Positions 21,040 to 35,585 of a stretch of 54,110 bases of DNA are shown here, one piece after another. The translations under genes were made by a program, and so were the position numbers. Each line of letters opens with the position of its first letter. Positions within the stretch are counted from its first letter, which is position 1. Source of the DNA: a virus (lineage: Duplodnaviria > Caudoviricetes); the IMG/VR virus record IMGVR_UViG_3300042484_002120, positions 1-54,110 of that record; one strand, given 5' to 3'. The notes under the pieces are model-generated. The model saw only the letters and a list, made by a program, of their open reading frames with translations, was not told the origin of the DNA and made no database searches.

Positions 21040-22095
21040 TTCTAGCTCGTAGAAGCCCTTGCCCCAAAGCCCTTGCAAACGGGTGAAGTACTTCTCGTAC
21101 ATTAAGCCAACAGCGTCTAACCCGTAGCGGTCTTTTGAGTATTTACTTATTAAAGACCTATCAAGGGTCTTGACTTTCTCAGTTGCATCTGCAAACTCCT
21201 GCATTGTATGGCACCGGAATCCGGTCACTCCGTCAATGACGGTTTCAGTGAAAGCGCCCCAGTCTGTGGAAATAATCGGAGAGCCACAAGCCATAGCTTC
21301 AATCGCTACGGTCCCAAAAGGCTCAACGTAAATAGTTGGGGTAAAAGTAGCAATTGCCCCACCCATGAGTCTGGCTCGCTCCTCGGTTCCCACAACGCCA
21401 ACATACTCGCCATAGTCGGGCGCAGAACCCTGTCCAGCGACCACCAGACGCTTTCCTAGGGCCTTACAGACGTCAACTGCAATCTGATAGCCCTTGCGCT
21501 CAATAAGACGTCCTATGAACAAATAATAGTCATCTGGCGTTTCTTGTAAAGGGAAATCTTGAATATCAATATAACTTGGGATTACCGTGTCGTAGAACTT
21601 ACCGTCAAGGGCGTGTGGGTCGGTCACCTTGGAGCCGTAGCAGGAGTGCATCCAGGCGTAGGACTCAAAAACCTTGTAGTTGGCAAACGAGCCACCATAG
21701 CCAATTCCAAACTCTACGCTCAACTCATCGGGGAACGCATCGGCAATCGGCTTGGAAGCAAATCCAGCGATAAGGCAAATGAAGTCCTTGTGTTCTAGGC
21801 GCTCTTGGATTCCTTTAATTGCATTGCCATTGAACTCAACCCAATGTGGAAGGTTCCAGTCAAACGAGGCGGCCGAGTAATGATTATTACCAACAGCCTC
21901 TAAGCGCTGTTCTTCCGTAATACAGGTGATGTGCTCATCGCAGGGAGCCTCGTTGAACTCTCCACCGTAAAGAAACACGGTATGCCCGAGGTCTTTCATC
22001 ATGATGCAGAACTTACGGACTTTTTCCGTGTAGGCACAAGCCGTGAAGTCTTCAGTGGTGTTCGTGTGAGGCAGGGAAACTACATGAAATCTCAT
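21025..22095 (-). CDS. Glycosyltransferase, GT-B fold (family 4-like)
   Basis: LFIGRLIERKG and EPFGTVAIEAMACGSPII signatures. Confidence 0.92.
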   Translation of the reverse strand: MRFHVVSLPHTNTTEDFTACAYTEKVRKFCIMMKDLGHTVFLYGGEFNEAPCDEHITCITEEQRLEAVGNNHYSAASFDWNLPHWVEFNGNAIKGIQERLEHKDFICLIAGFASKPIADAFPDELSVEFGIGYGGSFANYKVFESYAWMHSCYGSKVTDPHALDGKFYDTVIPSYIDIQDFPLQETPDDYYLFIGRLIERKGYQIAVDVCKALGKRLVVAGQGSAPDYGEYVGVVGTEERARLMGGAIATFTPTIYVEPFGTVAIEAMACGSPIISTDWGAFTETVIDGVTGFRCHTMQEFADATEKVKTLDRSLISKYSKDRYGLDAVGLMYEKYFTRLQGLWGKGFYELELPLA

Positions 22096-22120
22096 GCCGA
22101 GATACTAGCAGGATTGCTAT

Positions 22121-22984
22121 TTAAATTGTAAATCTTACTGTACCCGTAACTGAGGTTGTGCCGGTAATAAACAAAGTTGTCGTCTTTGTGTTGTCAACCG
22201 TTGATGTTGTAGCCGTCCACGAACCAGTACTAGATAAAGTGTATGCGCTTGAATACTGCAACATCACAAGCCCGCTACCACCGGCCCCACCCAAAAGCAG
22301 GGAACTTATTGTGGAGCCTATGCCTCCCCCTCCTCCGCCTCCGCGCCCATCAGTCCCAGCGTTAGCAGAAGTTGAAGAAGTTGCACCACGCCCACCAGTA
22401 GAGGTATTGGAAGGTACGTTTCCAGGCGAACCGCCGCCGCCATAACGTACAGAACTAAAGGTAAAGGAGTTGTCTATTCCGGAACCACCAGGGACACCTG
22501 TATCACCGCTACCGCCAAGTCCACCGCCACTACCCGCGCTGGCAGTGCTTGAACTGCCGCCAAAACCACCGCTATCACGATTACCCCCCGTGTATCCGCT
22601 TGTACCAAATGTTCCAGCGCCGCCTCCACACCCACCAAACAGTCCGGTGTTGGAGCCCGCGTTAACGCCAGAGCCTGCCCCTCCTCCACCCGTGGCTGAT
22701 TGTCCGTTAAATACGCTTGCCTTCCCATTGCCGCCTCTTCCGCCGCCCTGCCCAGAAACAGGAGCCCCTCCTCCACCAACAGTAACCGAGTAATTGGTGT
22801 TTATATAAAAAGTACTACTATTGATAATCAATCCTCCGGCACCTCCCCCGCCGCCCTTAAACGTTGTTGTGGTGTTGAGACATGACCCTCCGGCACCTCC
22901 GCCACCGAGAAGAAAATACGACATCGTGAAATAAGGCAGGTAAGAAGAACTTGACGAAGCAACGGTACCTAGAGAGCTTGGCAT
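22121..22984 (-). CDS. Glycine-rich virion/fibre tip protein
   Basis: GGGGAGG...GGGGGAGG...GAGGSGLVMLQY poly-Gly domain pattern. Confidence 0.7.
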   Translation of the reverse strand: MPSSLGTVASSSSSYLPYFTMSYFLLGGGGAGGSCLNTTTTFKGGGGGAGGLIINSSTFYINTNYSVTVGGGGAPVSGQGGGRGGNGKASVFNGQSATGGGGAGSGVNAGSNTGLFGGCGGGAGTFGTSGYTGGNRDSGGFGGSSSTASAGSGGGLGGSGDTGVPGGSGIDNSFTFSSVRYGGGGSPGNVPSNTSTGGRGATSSTSANAGTDGRGGGGGGGIGSTISSLLLGGAGGSGLVMLQYSSAYTLSSTGSWTATTSTVDNTKTTTLFITGTTSVTGTVRFTI

Positions 22985-22986
22985 TT

Positions 22987-26861
<3,875 letters not shown>

Positions 26862-26915
26862 GATTACCTAGTTTACTCTATGTGTAATGGGGCATCCAGA
26901 ACTACTAAAAGCTGA

Positions 26916-28501
26916 TTAGTAGGTGTAAGTGTCTGTCCTGGAATCGGGAACAGTTCGCGGTGCACTACTGACGTTCCATCGCTGCTGGTTGCCATTCATT
27001 TCGACTATTACCCTGATTCTCTGGTCCGGAGATGTGGACCACGTGCCAACAGAGCCTGCGCCTCTTACTCGCACTCTTCCTCCGCCTGCACCCGAACCTA
27101 TAGGTACGCTTGGTGCAGTCCAGTTAAGACTTTGCTGTGCTGTTCCTGAGCTGTTCGAAAATGGGGGAGTCAGACAACTTATGCTTGCGGCCGTGCTTGC
27201 TGACGTGCCTGTATTGGAGAAATCAACAATAAAGCTTCTAGAAGAAGTGCAAATAGTGACACCACTAATTACTAGGTTAGCCCTAATGGTCAAAGATGCA
27301 ACCGAGTATCTTCTTGTTCCATCAGGGCAACCAGGACATGTGCTCCCAGTCTGCGAGACTCCAGGAATAGAATAACCAGACGTTTGAGTAAACGAGTTTC
27401 CTGTTACCGTAAACGTTCCCGTAGAATCATTATATGCCTCGTTGCCACCCCAGGAGCTCGTGTCATCATAGACGGTATATGAAGTATCAACAACGACGTT
27501 ATAGGACTGGGTTGCCGTTGTTACAACAGAAGCTTCCGCACTATCTACATAGTCACCGTCAGTGTTCCATGTTCTTGTGAATACATAGTATGTTTCACTT
27601 GCCAACAATGTTCTGTATGAACCCCAGGACGAAGAATAAAGCGTACTGATTGTCCACGTTTTTCCAGCAGCTGAGTTTGTTGTATTTAAATAAGCACTGT
27701 TGGCGTTGTAGCTATACGCGTAACCGGAAAGTTTTATGTACGTTTCTGTATTGGAAAACCCACTACAAGCAAGAGGATTGTAAGTTACCGAGAACTGTCT
27801 AGCTCCCGAACCGTTCCCAGATGCTGGCTGAGTAGGTGAAATAGCTGCAAGAGTTGGTGTTGCTGGAGTGCCAAAGTTTGGAGTAACCGAACCAGAAGTA
27901 GCAACAGTTCCAGCACCTACAGCATTGTTTGCAGTAACCCTAATTTTATAGGAACGAGCTGTAGCCGCAGAGTTGTTTCTAACCGTAAAGGAAACACCGC
28001 TTGTTTGAGAGCCTCGATTTACCCATGCCTCGGCATTTAATTGGGTTTCCACTGTGTACGAACTTACTGCAGTGCCTCCATCGCTTGTTGGCACAGACCA
28101 AGTAGCAGTTATGGTTCTGTCGGATGCAGTTGCAGAAAGGCTCGTTACCGCACTGGGGGTAGTTACCGGAATAACTGACGAGGATATTGACGAGTACTGA
28201 CTCGGCCCTACTGCATTTACTGCAGCTACTCTAAAATAATAAGTGGTGCTGTTTGTTAAACCAGTAACTGTTGTTGAAGTACTCGACGAAACTCCATCAC
28301 TAAACGTTGTTACCGAAGACGCGAAAGTGGCAGAGGTTGAATACTGGACTGTGTAGTCAGTTATGTCTGTGTATCCAGTAAAAGCTGGAGCAGTCCACGA
28401 AAGAGAAACTTGAGCATTGCCAGCAGTTCCAGCAACAGAAGTAGGGGGTCCTGGAGCTGTGTAAAAAACGCTACTAGCTGCGATTCCTCGGCGGATAGCC
28501 A

Positions 28502-28502
<1 letters not shown>
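26916..28502 (-). CDS. Fibronectin type III repeat virion protein
   Basis: LSWTAP...ITDYTVQYS...YYFRVAAVNAVG; similar to 18705..20798. Confidence 0.8.
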
Positions 28503-29500
<998 letters not shown>

Positions 29501-29533
29501 GTGGGTAATTATACCCCAAGATGCTTGAGGGGC

Positions 29534-29821
29534 CTAAAACCACCAGAAGTGTTTAAGGATTGAAAGGCTAGCCAGAATTACCCACAGCACATTGAAGAGA
29601 ATGATTGTGGGGAGTGTCTTTTTCGTAGATGTCCAAATCAGGGCGACGCTGGAGATGATGGCGAAGATGTAGAGCCACCAGAACTGCTTGCCTAGTAAAA
29701 GGCCAGGAAAGATGATGGCAATCTTGGTGGAGAAACCCCATGCTTCAACAATGTTGACTCGTGTCCAGTATTCTTTGGAACTCATTGTTTTTACTGCTGA
29801 AATGATTTTCTTAAAAAACAT
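29534..29821 (-). CDS. Small membrane protein
   Basis: 95 aa with about three hydrophobic segments; divergent from the P450. Confidence 0.65.
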   Translation of the reverse strand: MFFKKIISAVKTMSSKEYWTRVNIVEAWGFSTKIAIIFPGLLLGKQFWWLYIFAIISSVALIWTSTKKTLPTIILFNVLWVILASLSILKHFWWF

Positions 29822-29837
29822 GTCTAGAATCTAGCAT
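29822..29837. promoter_or_regulatory. Overlapping bidirectional -10 elements
   Basis: TAGAAT (+, 29825-29830) is 7 nt before ATG 29838; TGcTAGATT (-) is 6 nt before ATG 29821. Confidence 0.55.
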
Positions 29838-31070
29838 ATGCCCATAAACGTAAACAACCTTGAAATGCCTTTCTTAAACTCTCGTGTAGAGATGAAGAAC
29901 GAGGACTATTCCCGTGAGGACTTTTTTAACATGGCTCGGGATGTGGCAGACAAGTCATGGATTGCCCGTAGCGCCGTAGGGTACAACATTTTTCATCATG
30001 ACGATATTTCTGCAATCATGAGAGATAGACGCTGGCATAGTGCTTTAGGCATTTTGGCTGATTTGAACCCATTCACAACACCTGATTTTAAACGCCGCCG
30101 TAAAACATCAATTATTGCAATTGACGGTGAGGAACATAATCGTTTAAAGCGCCTGCTTACCCCTCACTTCAGCCCATCTATCGCAGATGACCTTCGCCCA
30201 TTTATGCGTGATGTAGTTAATGAACTAGTAGATAAATTTATTGGAAATGGAGAAGCGGATATCGCAGCAGATATTTCACGGCAATATCCAGTAAGAATAA
30301 TTTGCCACCTCCTTGGCATACCACACGATGACTTGGATAGATTTAGCAAATGGGCAGTTGACATGTTGAGAAATTTTGACATGAACTATGAAAAATCTAC
30401 AGAATCAATCCTTCAGTCCCAAAAAGAGATGGATGAATATGTAGAAGGATTCATTGAACTTCGCAGAGCAAACCCACAAGATGACCTCATCTCCATGTTA
30501 GTCAACGCTGAAGATAATGGTGATGTTCTTTCTAATGAAGAAATAATGACACTAATTGAAGCGCTAATGATTGCAGGGATTGACACAACACAGAACCAGT
30601 TAAGTACTGCCGTTTCTATACTTATAGATAACCCAACAGCATGGTCACTTCTTTCCGAAGACCCCAGTAGTGCCAAATTTATCGTGGAGGAACTGATGCG
30701 TATGAACGGTTCAGTATCCAATACGGGGAGAATTGCCGCAGAGGACATTGAATACAGGGGAGTATTATTTCCTAAAGGAACAATAATGTTCGTCAATCTG
30801 GCTGTAGCCAACTACGACATGTCTACATTTGTGAACCCTGACGAGTTTATTCATAATCGTAGAGAACTTGAATCAATGCATATGTCTTTTGGGATGGGGC
30901 TTCACTACTGCCTTGGGGCACCAATTGCTCGTGCCGAAATACAAGAAGCGCTTATCATTATTGCAAACAGGCTAAAAAACATTCAGCGCAATGGTGAAAC
31001 TATTTATAAAGACGAAAACTCTGCCGTGTACGGCCCTGTTTCGCTCCCGGTAACATTTTCTAAATACTGA
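29838..31070 (+). CDS. Cytochrome P450
   Basis: HNRLKR, I-helix AGIDTT, EELMR (ExxR) and heme motif FGMGLHYCLG; 410 aa, full length. Confidence 0.95.
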   Translation: MPINVNNLEMPFLNSRVEMKNEDYSREDFFNMARDVADKSWIARSAVGYNIFHHDDISAIMRDRRWHSALGILADLNPFTTPDFKRRRKTSIIAIDGEEHNRLKRLLTPHFSPSIADDLRPFMRDVVNELVDKFIGNGEADIAADISRQYPVRIICHLLGIPHDDLDRFSKWAVDMLRNFDMNYEKSTESILQSQKEMDEYVEGFIELRRANPQDDLISMLVNAEDNGDVLSNEEIMTLIEALMIAGIDTTQNQLSTAVSILIDNPTAWSLLSEDPSSAKFIVEELMRMNGSVSNTGRIAAEDIEYRGVLFPKGTIMFVNLAVANYDMSTFVNPDEFIHNRRELESMHMSFGMGLHYCLGAPIARAEIQEALIIIANRLKNIQRNGETIYKDENSAVYGPVSLPVTFSKY

Positions 31071-31141
31071 AGTTCTTCCTCTGACATCACTATGCCAACC
31101 TGAAGAAGCATGGCTTTGAGCTTCTCTAAACGTTCATCCAT
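31004..31141 (-). CDS. Possible 45-aa hypothetical protein (not in ORF track)
   Basis: MDERLEKLKAMLLQVGIVMSEEELQYLEN..., TAATG-coupled to the upstream gene; overlaps the P450 3' end antisense. Confidence 0.35.
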   Translation of the reverse strand: MDERLEKLKAMLLQVGIVMSEEELQYLENVTGSETGPYTAEFSSL

Positions 31142-31809
31142 TATAGTTCGTCCATAATCTGCTCAAATGACTTTTCTGGGTAGTCAATTGTCAATTGGGT
31201 AATCCAGTCTTTAAATTCTTGAGACGCTTCAGGGTATGGATGAGGAATCGACTTATAGTTTTCTTCACCCTTTAAGAACTTGGCCAAATGCATATCGGGC
31301 AATGCGTCTATTTCTTCAAGAATCGATTGTGGAATATCGAGAGTTTCAAAAACCAGTTTAGAATATGCGGCCATTGGGTGGTCTGAATTGAATGGCTCTT
31401 CTGCCATGAATGACCATTCGCGCATGTTTTTGAACAATTGAAATATTGACTTGGCGCCCCACATTGTTGACGGCGTGGGGTCAGTCTCCGAGTCATGCCA
31501 TTCATTCATCTCTAGGTAACCAAAAAGGAATTTAGGGTGTAAAACTATTGGAAATGCAAACTTGGCAACTTTAAGTACTTCCAGCTTGACTTCAGAAACT
31601 ACTGTTTTGTCATACCAAGAATGGGCGTGGTTAGCATATTCTGTTCCTTCTGATACGAGAAGGCCTGTGTATGTAAGATTGTCGCACCGGTCTAAACTTG
31701 AGTTTTTGCCGGTGTTTGTTCCCTCTTGTAAAAATTCACTTTTTAATAAAATAAAAACACCCTTTAAAGAAGGGTCCGAACTGCGGAGAAGTATTTCTGG
31801 TTCAAGCAT
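31141..31809 (-). CDS. Hypothetical protein
   Basis: 222 aa, AGGAG RBS, overlaps the upstream gene; no family recognised. Confidence 0.7.
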   Translation of the reverse strand: MLEPEILLRSSDPSLKGVFILLKSEFLQEGTNTGKNSSLDRCDNLTYTGLLVSEGTEYANHAHSWYDKTVVSEVKLEVLKVAKFAFPIVLHPKFLFGYLEMNEWHDSETDPTPSTMWGAKSIFQLFKNMREWSFMAEEPFNSDHPMAAYSKLVFETLDIPQSILEEIDALPDMHLAKFLKGEENYKSIPHPYPEASQEFKDWITQLTIDYPEKSFEQIMDEL

Positions 31810-32041
31810 TTTCTAGCTCCTGAATTTTATTTACTATAACAATCATTTGTTTACATCTTTTTTCTAATTGACCACTGTGCGACAATATAGGAGAATTGGG
31901 AATTGCCTCAAAAGAAGAGTAGTCAAAAACATCAGGGTCTAAACCGCAGCGAAAACAAAGTTTATACACCTCAACTGATATCGCTTTTTTCATTTCATAA
32001 AGCGCAGAAATCTTACTTTCTACTTCGCTGAATTCAGACAT
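31802..32041 (-). CDS. Small helical hypothetical protein (paralog of 35346..35576)
   Basis: VYKLCFRCGLDPDVFD...KIQEL resembles IYTQLIRMGLDPDAYD...KIAEL. Confidence 0.65.
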   Translation of the reverse strand: MSEFSEVESKISALYEMKKAISVEVYKLCFRCGLDPDVFDYSSFEAIPNSPILSHSGQLEKRCKQMIVIVNKIQELENA

Positions 32042-32048
32042 GTTTGTC

Positions 32049-32846
32049 TCATCTCTGCTTATTGATTAACCTAGCAATTATACCTTGCTTGTCATTTTGA
32101 TTTTCTAATTGCTTGTCTACACGGATTCGCTCCCTGCGGTAAGGTGCTGCCGTTCCATCACGTGGAGCAACGTGGCCCATCCCAAACCCAGTAGTAGCAA
32201 CGTATTTAAAGTAAGACTCGTCATTGAAGTCTATTTTTTCAAAATCTGCGTTGCGTTTAAATGGGACTAACTGGACTAGAGGGGTTCCGTGTTTTATCCC
32301 AAAAGGGCGGTCTGTGGTTATGTTTAAAACCACATTCGCTAGGTGATAGAAGTCCGTATGAACCACAGCTGGAACTACCGTATAGTTCTCGTTAGGTTCC
32401 CAGTAGACCGGGAGAATCATTGTTGACCAGCCTGGTGCAGTCTCAAACCTCCATGGATTCACTATTTTGGGATACTGTCCTGTTTCCAGTTTTCTTACGC
32501 TCGTCATAGGGCACTCACCTGTTGACTCATAACCAAAACCTGAAATATTAGCTATTCCGGCTTCAGGACTAAATTCATCAGCACCGTGTTCCCAGCCACC
32601 TGCGCCATCTGGCCTAAATCTAAAATTGGTCCACGCTGGCAAAGTGACTCCAGCAGATAAAAAATCTATAGTTCCAGCACACTTACGCAAGGAGCCTTGA
32701 TGTTTTCCAATTTGCCTAAACCACTGAGGTGGCTGAGAAATAGAATTTACAGTTGGCGGAGATTCCATCAAGCGATTATCAACAGGAGTAAACCTAATAA
32801 CCCCAGGCTTCACCTTTGGTAATTTTTTCATTTCATTGCCATTCAC
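32049..32846 (-). CDS. DUF6065-like protein
   Basis: PQWF...LRKCAG..D...G..LP, NPWRFETAPGWS, AVVHTD, IKHGTPLVQLVPFKR pattern; family name from memory. Confidence 0.5.
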   Translation of the reverse strand: MNGNEMKKLPKVKPGVIRFTPVDNRLMESPPTVNSISQPPQWFRQIGKHQGSLRKCAGTIDFLSAGVTLPAWTNFRFRPDGAGGWEHGADEFSPEAGIANISGFGYESTGECPMTSVRKLETGQYPKIVNPWRFETAPGWSTMILPVYWEPNENYTVVPAVVHTDFYHLANVVLNITTDRPFGIKHGTPLVQLVPFKRNADFEKIDFNDESYFKYVATTGFGMGHVAPRDGTAAPYRRERIRVDKQLENQNDKQGIIARLINKQR

Positions 32847-34341
32847 TGTCTGTGTATCTGATTTCCCTCAAAGCCTCTGCGTGGTCAACAAGTTCGTGCG
32901 CATGTCTACTGTGACGTATTTCGTCAATTTTTTTATTTACTTCTTGTCGCAAATTGGTTGTGTTAAGAGCTCTAACGCATCCAACAACACCTATCAAGCC
33001 TTGACCTTGTGCAACATGGGCCATGTGAGGGGTTAAAAACATCTCGCCTGAAGTTGAATCAAAGTCGTATCTAGACGGAGGCACTTCAGCCCACAAATCT
33101 ATGATTGATTGAAGTTCTTCATTGATTGGCATGTGGGACATTGTTTCCCAAAATTTAGAATCAGTACGGTCAGAATAATAATGAAGCCTAATCATGGAAA
33201 GAATATTATTCATCATTTTCGTAAACTTCGCATTAAAGTGTTTTTGCGAAGCATGATTAGACGGCATGTACGAAGCAATGTAAGGCAGCATGAACCGCAC
33301 TTGTTGAATTGTTGAACCTATGCTTGTTGCTTCTAGTGGCTCAACAAATGAGGAAGCTAAACCAACGGCACAGCAATTATTCACCCAGCATTCTTTTAAA
33401 TGCCCTGCATCAAACGAAATGACGCGAGGATTTTCAATTTTGTATCCGGACATTTCTTCGGCTTCATGTATAGCCTCGTCTTGGCTAATAAATTGAGAAG
33501 AAAAAACATACCCGTTACCGCGACGTTCTTGTGTTGGTATTTCCCACATCCAGCCAGCACTTGCTGCTCTAGCGCGAGTGTATGGTCTTATCCTGCCGTT
33601 TGGGTCGCTTTCTGTTGGGAACGGAATCGCGGTGTCGCACAAAAGGTATTTGTCAAAAGAAACCCACTCATCCGCATCTAGTTCTTTCATTAAAACACGA
33701 TTAAAACCGCTTGCATCAAACCAGAAGTTTGCACTGACAGTGTCTCCGTGGTTTGTTTCAATAGATTCAATATTGCCGTACGTACTGTCTCTGGTCACTT
33801 TCTTGACCTCGGCATCCACGAACTTAATATTTCTCTTAAACGCTAGTGACGTAAAGTAATCGTTAAGTTTGTTTGTATCAAAATGAAACTGATTTGTAGA
33901 TTTGTGCAAATTTTGTCTATTGATTTTATCTTTTACCAGACCTACGCTTGTTGTCTGGGTCGTAAACAGTTTGTTTTTTTCTACCATTCCCATATAGGTC
34001 GCATAAAGCCCAAAAGCATAGATGTCGTCAATTTCACCAACGCTGTGGAAATAGTCCTTAGTGTGGGTTGACCAATTTTCAAACCTTAATCCGTACTTAT
34101 GCGTAGCGGCAGTGGCTTCAATCATCTCTTCCAATGGAATCTCGCACAAGTCCATGAACGTTTTCCAGTGCTCAGTGCTTCCTTCTCCAACGCCAATGAT
34201 GCCAATCTTGGAGGATGAAACAATTGTTATTTCAGCCCACGGAAAAGACTGCCTAAGTATCAGTGCTGTTATTAGTCCTGCAGTTCCTGAGCCAACGATT
34301 CCAAAAACTAGAGGCCTATTTAGTTCGGTATTTTCGTTCAT
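32833..34341 (-). CDS. Flavin-dependent halogenase (tryptophan halogenase family)
   Basis: GSGTAG FAD motif, IGVGEGS, ATHKYG (catalytic Lys position), WMWEIP, FVEPLEATSI. Confidence 0.93.
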   Translation of the reverse strand: MNENTELNRPLVFGIVGSGTAGLITALILRQSFPWAEITIVSSSKIGIIGVGEGSTEHWKTFMDLCEIPLEEMIEATAATHKYGLRFENWSTHTKDYFHSVGEIDDIYAFGLYATYMGMVEKNKLFTTQTTSVGLVKDKINRQNLHKSTNQFHFDTNKLNDYFTSLAFKRNIKFVDAEVKKVTRDSTYGNIESIETNHGDTVSANFWFDASGFNRVLMKELDADEWVSFDKYLLCDTAIPFPTESDPNGRIRPYTRARAASAGWMWEIPTQERRGNGYVFSSQFISQDEAIHEAEEMSGYKIENPRVISFDAGHLKECWVNNCCAVGLASSFVEPLEATSIGSTIQQVRFMLPYIASYMPSNHASQKHFNAKFTKMMNNILSMIRLHYYSDRTDSKFWETMSHMPINEELQSIIDLWAEVPPSRYDFDSTSGEMFLTPHMAHVAQGQGLIGVVGCVRALNTTNLRQEVNKKIDEIRHSRHAHELVDHAEALREIRYTDSEWQ

Positions 34342-34357
34342 TATTGAATACTAACAC

Positions 34358-34942
34358 CTATTTAAACCAAGAGACAAGAGAGTATTTCGTACCCTGAATA
34401 ACAGGGTGAGCGATATGGAGGTAAGGAAAATTGCTTGGGAACAAAATTACAGAACCTAATTTTGGTTCAACCGTTACGCCAAATGTTGGGAATTCCAATT
34501 CTCCACCTAATTCAGGTTCACCAAGTATTGTCACAACACTAAAAACTCGCGAGTTATCTCTAAAGTGGTCATAATGAGCATGATACTCAGAGCCTGGAAG
34601 ATACTTCAAAACAGAATAAGGCTCGTGAAAGCCATTTGGCAACATGTGTTCTTCTGAGTAATCCCTTATCGCTTTTTCCATTGGAAGGCGAACAGCAGAA
34701 TCAAACAAGCGAGACAAGTCGGTTGGCTCATACGGCTTCATTAGTGGAATTAATCCGCACTCTAATGAAGTTCGGTAGGAAGTGACCGACCCTCCTTCTC
34801 CAACCCCAGAGTTCCCCCAAGTGAGTTCACTCCACTCATTTTCTGCTTCTGTATTTAAACAGTCTATGAAATTAGCAACACTTGACGGGTCTAGCATCTC
34901 TTCATAAACAGAAATGCATGTTGCTGGGGATACGTGATTCAT
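34358..34942 (-). CDS. 2OG-Fe(II) oxygenase, prolyl 4-hydroxylase-like
   Basis: LKY...YHAHYD, GGELEF, LFPSNFPYLHIAHPV..GTKYS (HxD...H plus basic 2OG ligand). Confidence 0.92.
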   Translation of the reverse strand: MNHVSPATCISVYEEMLDPSSVANFIDCLNTEAENEWSELTWGNSGVGEGGSVTSYRTSLECGLIPLMKPYEPTDLSRLFDSAVRLPMEKAIRDYSEEHMLPNGFHEPYSVLKYLPGSEYHAHYDHFRDNSRVFSVVTILGEPELGGELEFPTFGVTVEPKLGSVILFPSNFPYLHIAHPVIQGTKYSLVSWFK

Positions 34943-35349
34943 ATTGCCTCAAATTCTCCTGAATAATACCGGTTTCCATCAGGAGAGCAAACGATAAAAG
35001 TTTTTTTGCCAGGAGTCGTTATACGAGGCCTAAATCTTATTATGTGATTTTCTCTTAATCTAGGAACAAAAACTTCAGTACCGTTGTTTCCTGTAATGCG
35101 CAAAGTGGTTTTTTTATTAAAAACTACAAACTCATTAGTAATGTCAATACTGTAAATAAATCCAGTTTTTGCGGTTTGTTTAAATTCAATATTATTCACT
35201 TCTGGAGTTGAAATAATGGAGATTTTATTAGCAAAAATACCATCTTCTTGATTGCCGTATCTTATTTGCAGACCAGAAAGTTTTGCTAACTTTTCTGCTT
35301 CACCGGCTTCATTAGTTATATTCCAGGGAATATAAACAAATCGCTTCAT
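34939..35349 (-). CDS. Hypothetical protein
   Basis: 136 aa, ATGA-coupled on both sides. Confidence 0.65.
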   Translation of the reverse strand: MKRFVYIPWNITNEAGEAEKLAKLSGLQIRYGNQEDGIFANKISIISTPEVNNIEFKQTAKTGFIYSIDITNEFVVFNKKTTLRITGNNGTEVFVPRLRENHIIRFRPRITTPGKKTFIVCSPDGNRYYSGEFEAI

Positions 35350-35576
35350 GACAATTCGGCTATTTTGCTTTCAATTAAATCAAGAGACGAAATCAAGGTG
35401 TTTACCCTGGTGCGCTCGCCAACAAAAGAATCAATTGGGTCACTTGCCAGCAAAGGGTCATAAGCATCAGGGTCTAGGCCCATGCGAATTAATTGAGTGT
35501 AGATGTCTGTTTGAATTCCACTTTTAACAGAATTCAAAGCCATCAATTTTTGTTCATTTGTAAGACCAAGGTCCAT
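35346..35576 (-). CDS. Small helical hypothetical protein (paralog of 31802..32041)
   Basis: AGGAG RBS; GLDPD motif. Confidence 0.65.
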   Translation of the reverse strand: MDLGLTNEQKLMALNSVKSGIQTDIYTQLIRMGLDPDAYDPLLASDPIDSFVGERTRVNTLISSLDLIESKIAELS

Positions 35577-35585
35577 CTTTTTCTC

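Noticed and set aside
29838-35576. Small-molecule biosynthetic gene cluster from a host
   Set aside because: No scaffold-forming enzyme (NRPS, PKS, terpene synthase), clear transporter or short precursor peptide is evident; the genes are interleaved with virion genes.
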